The translations under genes and the position numbers were made by a program. Positions 63,248 through 64,000 of a stretch of 64,000 bases of DNA are shown one piece after another; the stretch's first letter is position 1, and every line of letters begins with the position of its first letter. Below the pieces are notes generated by a model. That model searched no databases. It was given only the letters and a program-made list of their open reading frames with translations, and had not been told where the DNA came from. The stretch is from Pecten maximus (taxonomy: Eukaryota): positions 34,038,001 through 34,102,000 of the forward strand of contig NC_047027.1 in the NCBI RefSeq assembly GCF_902652985.1. The letters run 5' to 3'.

Positions 63248-64000
63248 GTATGTAATATATACAGAGGTTGCACAACAAGTGGTTGTTGGTTATGGAATTC
63301 ATTTCACATGAGTAAGTTATTTTTTAAAAGTTACAACTTTTGAAAAATAGCTTACGAGTGTGAAATAAATTCCATATCCGGCAATCACGAGTCGTATGAC
63401 CTGTTTCTACCACAATAATATCGGCTTGAATCAAAGGGAAACATGACCAAGTATAATTTCGTGTATGCAAATAAAGTGCACAGAAGACGGCTGGGACTCG
63501 GTGATGTGATGTCATTCGATTATTGATGACGTCAATAACAATTGCAGCTTGAGTCAAAGTTAGAATTCTTGACAAGTGGTATATAACATATATTTATCCA
63601 ACAGTCGGCACATTTATACAATAGCTTGAGAGTGGAATGACACATCGTATTGTGGTAGAAATATCGTTATAGGTCTTGCCATTATAATCGCTCAATCATT
63701 TGTCAAGTCCTAGAAGGATGAAACAGCTGAATGCTGCTAGATTCATATTGGCTCTATTGTAGCAAAGTTAAAATGCTTTGAATTGCTAATATCTTGTGTG
63801 TCGTTTGTACAATAATTAGAGATTGCAGGTGGTTGGTTGACACTGTTGGTAGATGTTTCTGTCCCCGATGTGTATCGTAACCTGCTTGTCTCACATTTTA
63901 ATTCATTTGAATAATAACATGGCTAAGACTATATAGATGTACTTAATGTCCCTTTGAAATCAAATGTAAAAAATTCTGAAATTTATTGAATTATGGGTAT

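Overview
AT-rich, intron-rich eukaryotic genomic DNA, probably from a bivalve mollusc; this is inferred from the gene content and SINE/MITE types, not proven. The ORF track is mostly noise, so the genes were rebuilt by hand from splice sites and reading-frame phase. (1) 1519-5094 (+): a 3-exon gene for a ~415-aa secreted Met/Lys/Arg/Thr-rich low-complexity protein with a C-terminal 6-Cys module. (2) A cluster of three secreted chitin-binding (peritrophin-A/CBM14-type) genes built from shared phase-1 exon modules: gene A (24424->10192, -; signal peptide, 4x sushi/CCP, discoidin F5/8C, CCP, ChtBD2; 17 coding exons, one with an apparent +1 frameshift), gene B (36576-44803, +; signal peptide, F5/8C, Gln/Thr repeats, ChtBD2; one GC-AG intron) and gene C (~49967->46883, -; CCP, Pro/Thr linker, ChtBD2; start exon unresolved). 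(3) ASCC2 (from 52430, +; 12 coding exons visible, runs off the window), with a probable U12-type intron. Introns and intergenic DNA hold tRNA-derived SINEs, nested MITEs, long palindromic elements, mariner and Gypsy fragments, minisatellites and a 147-N gap.
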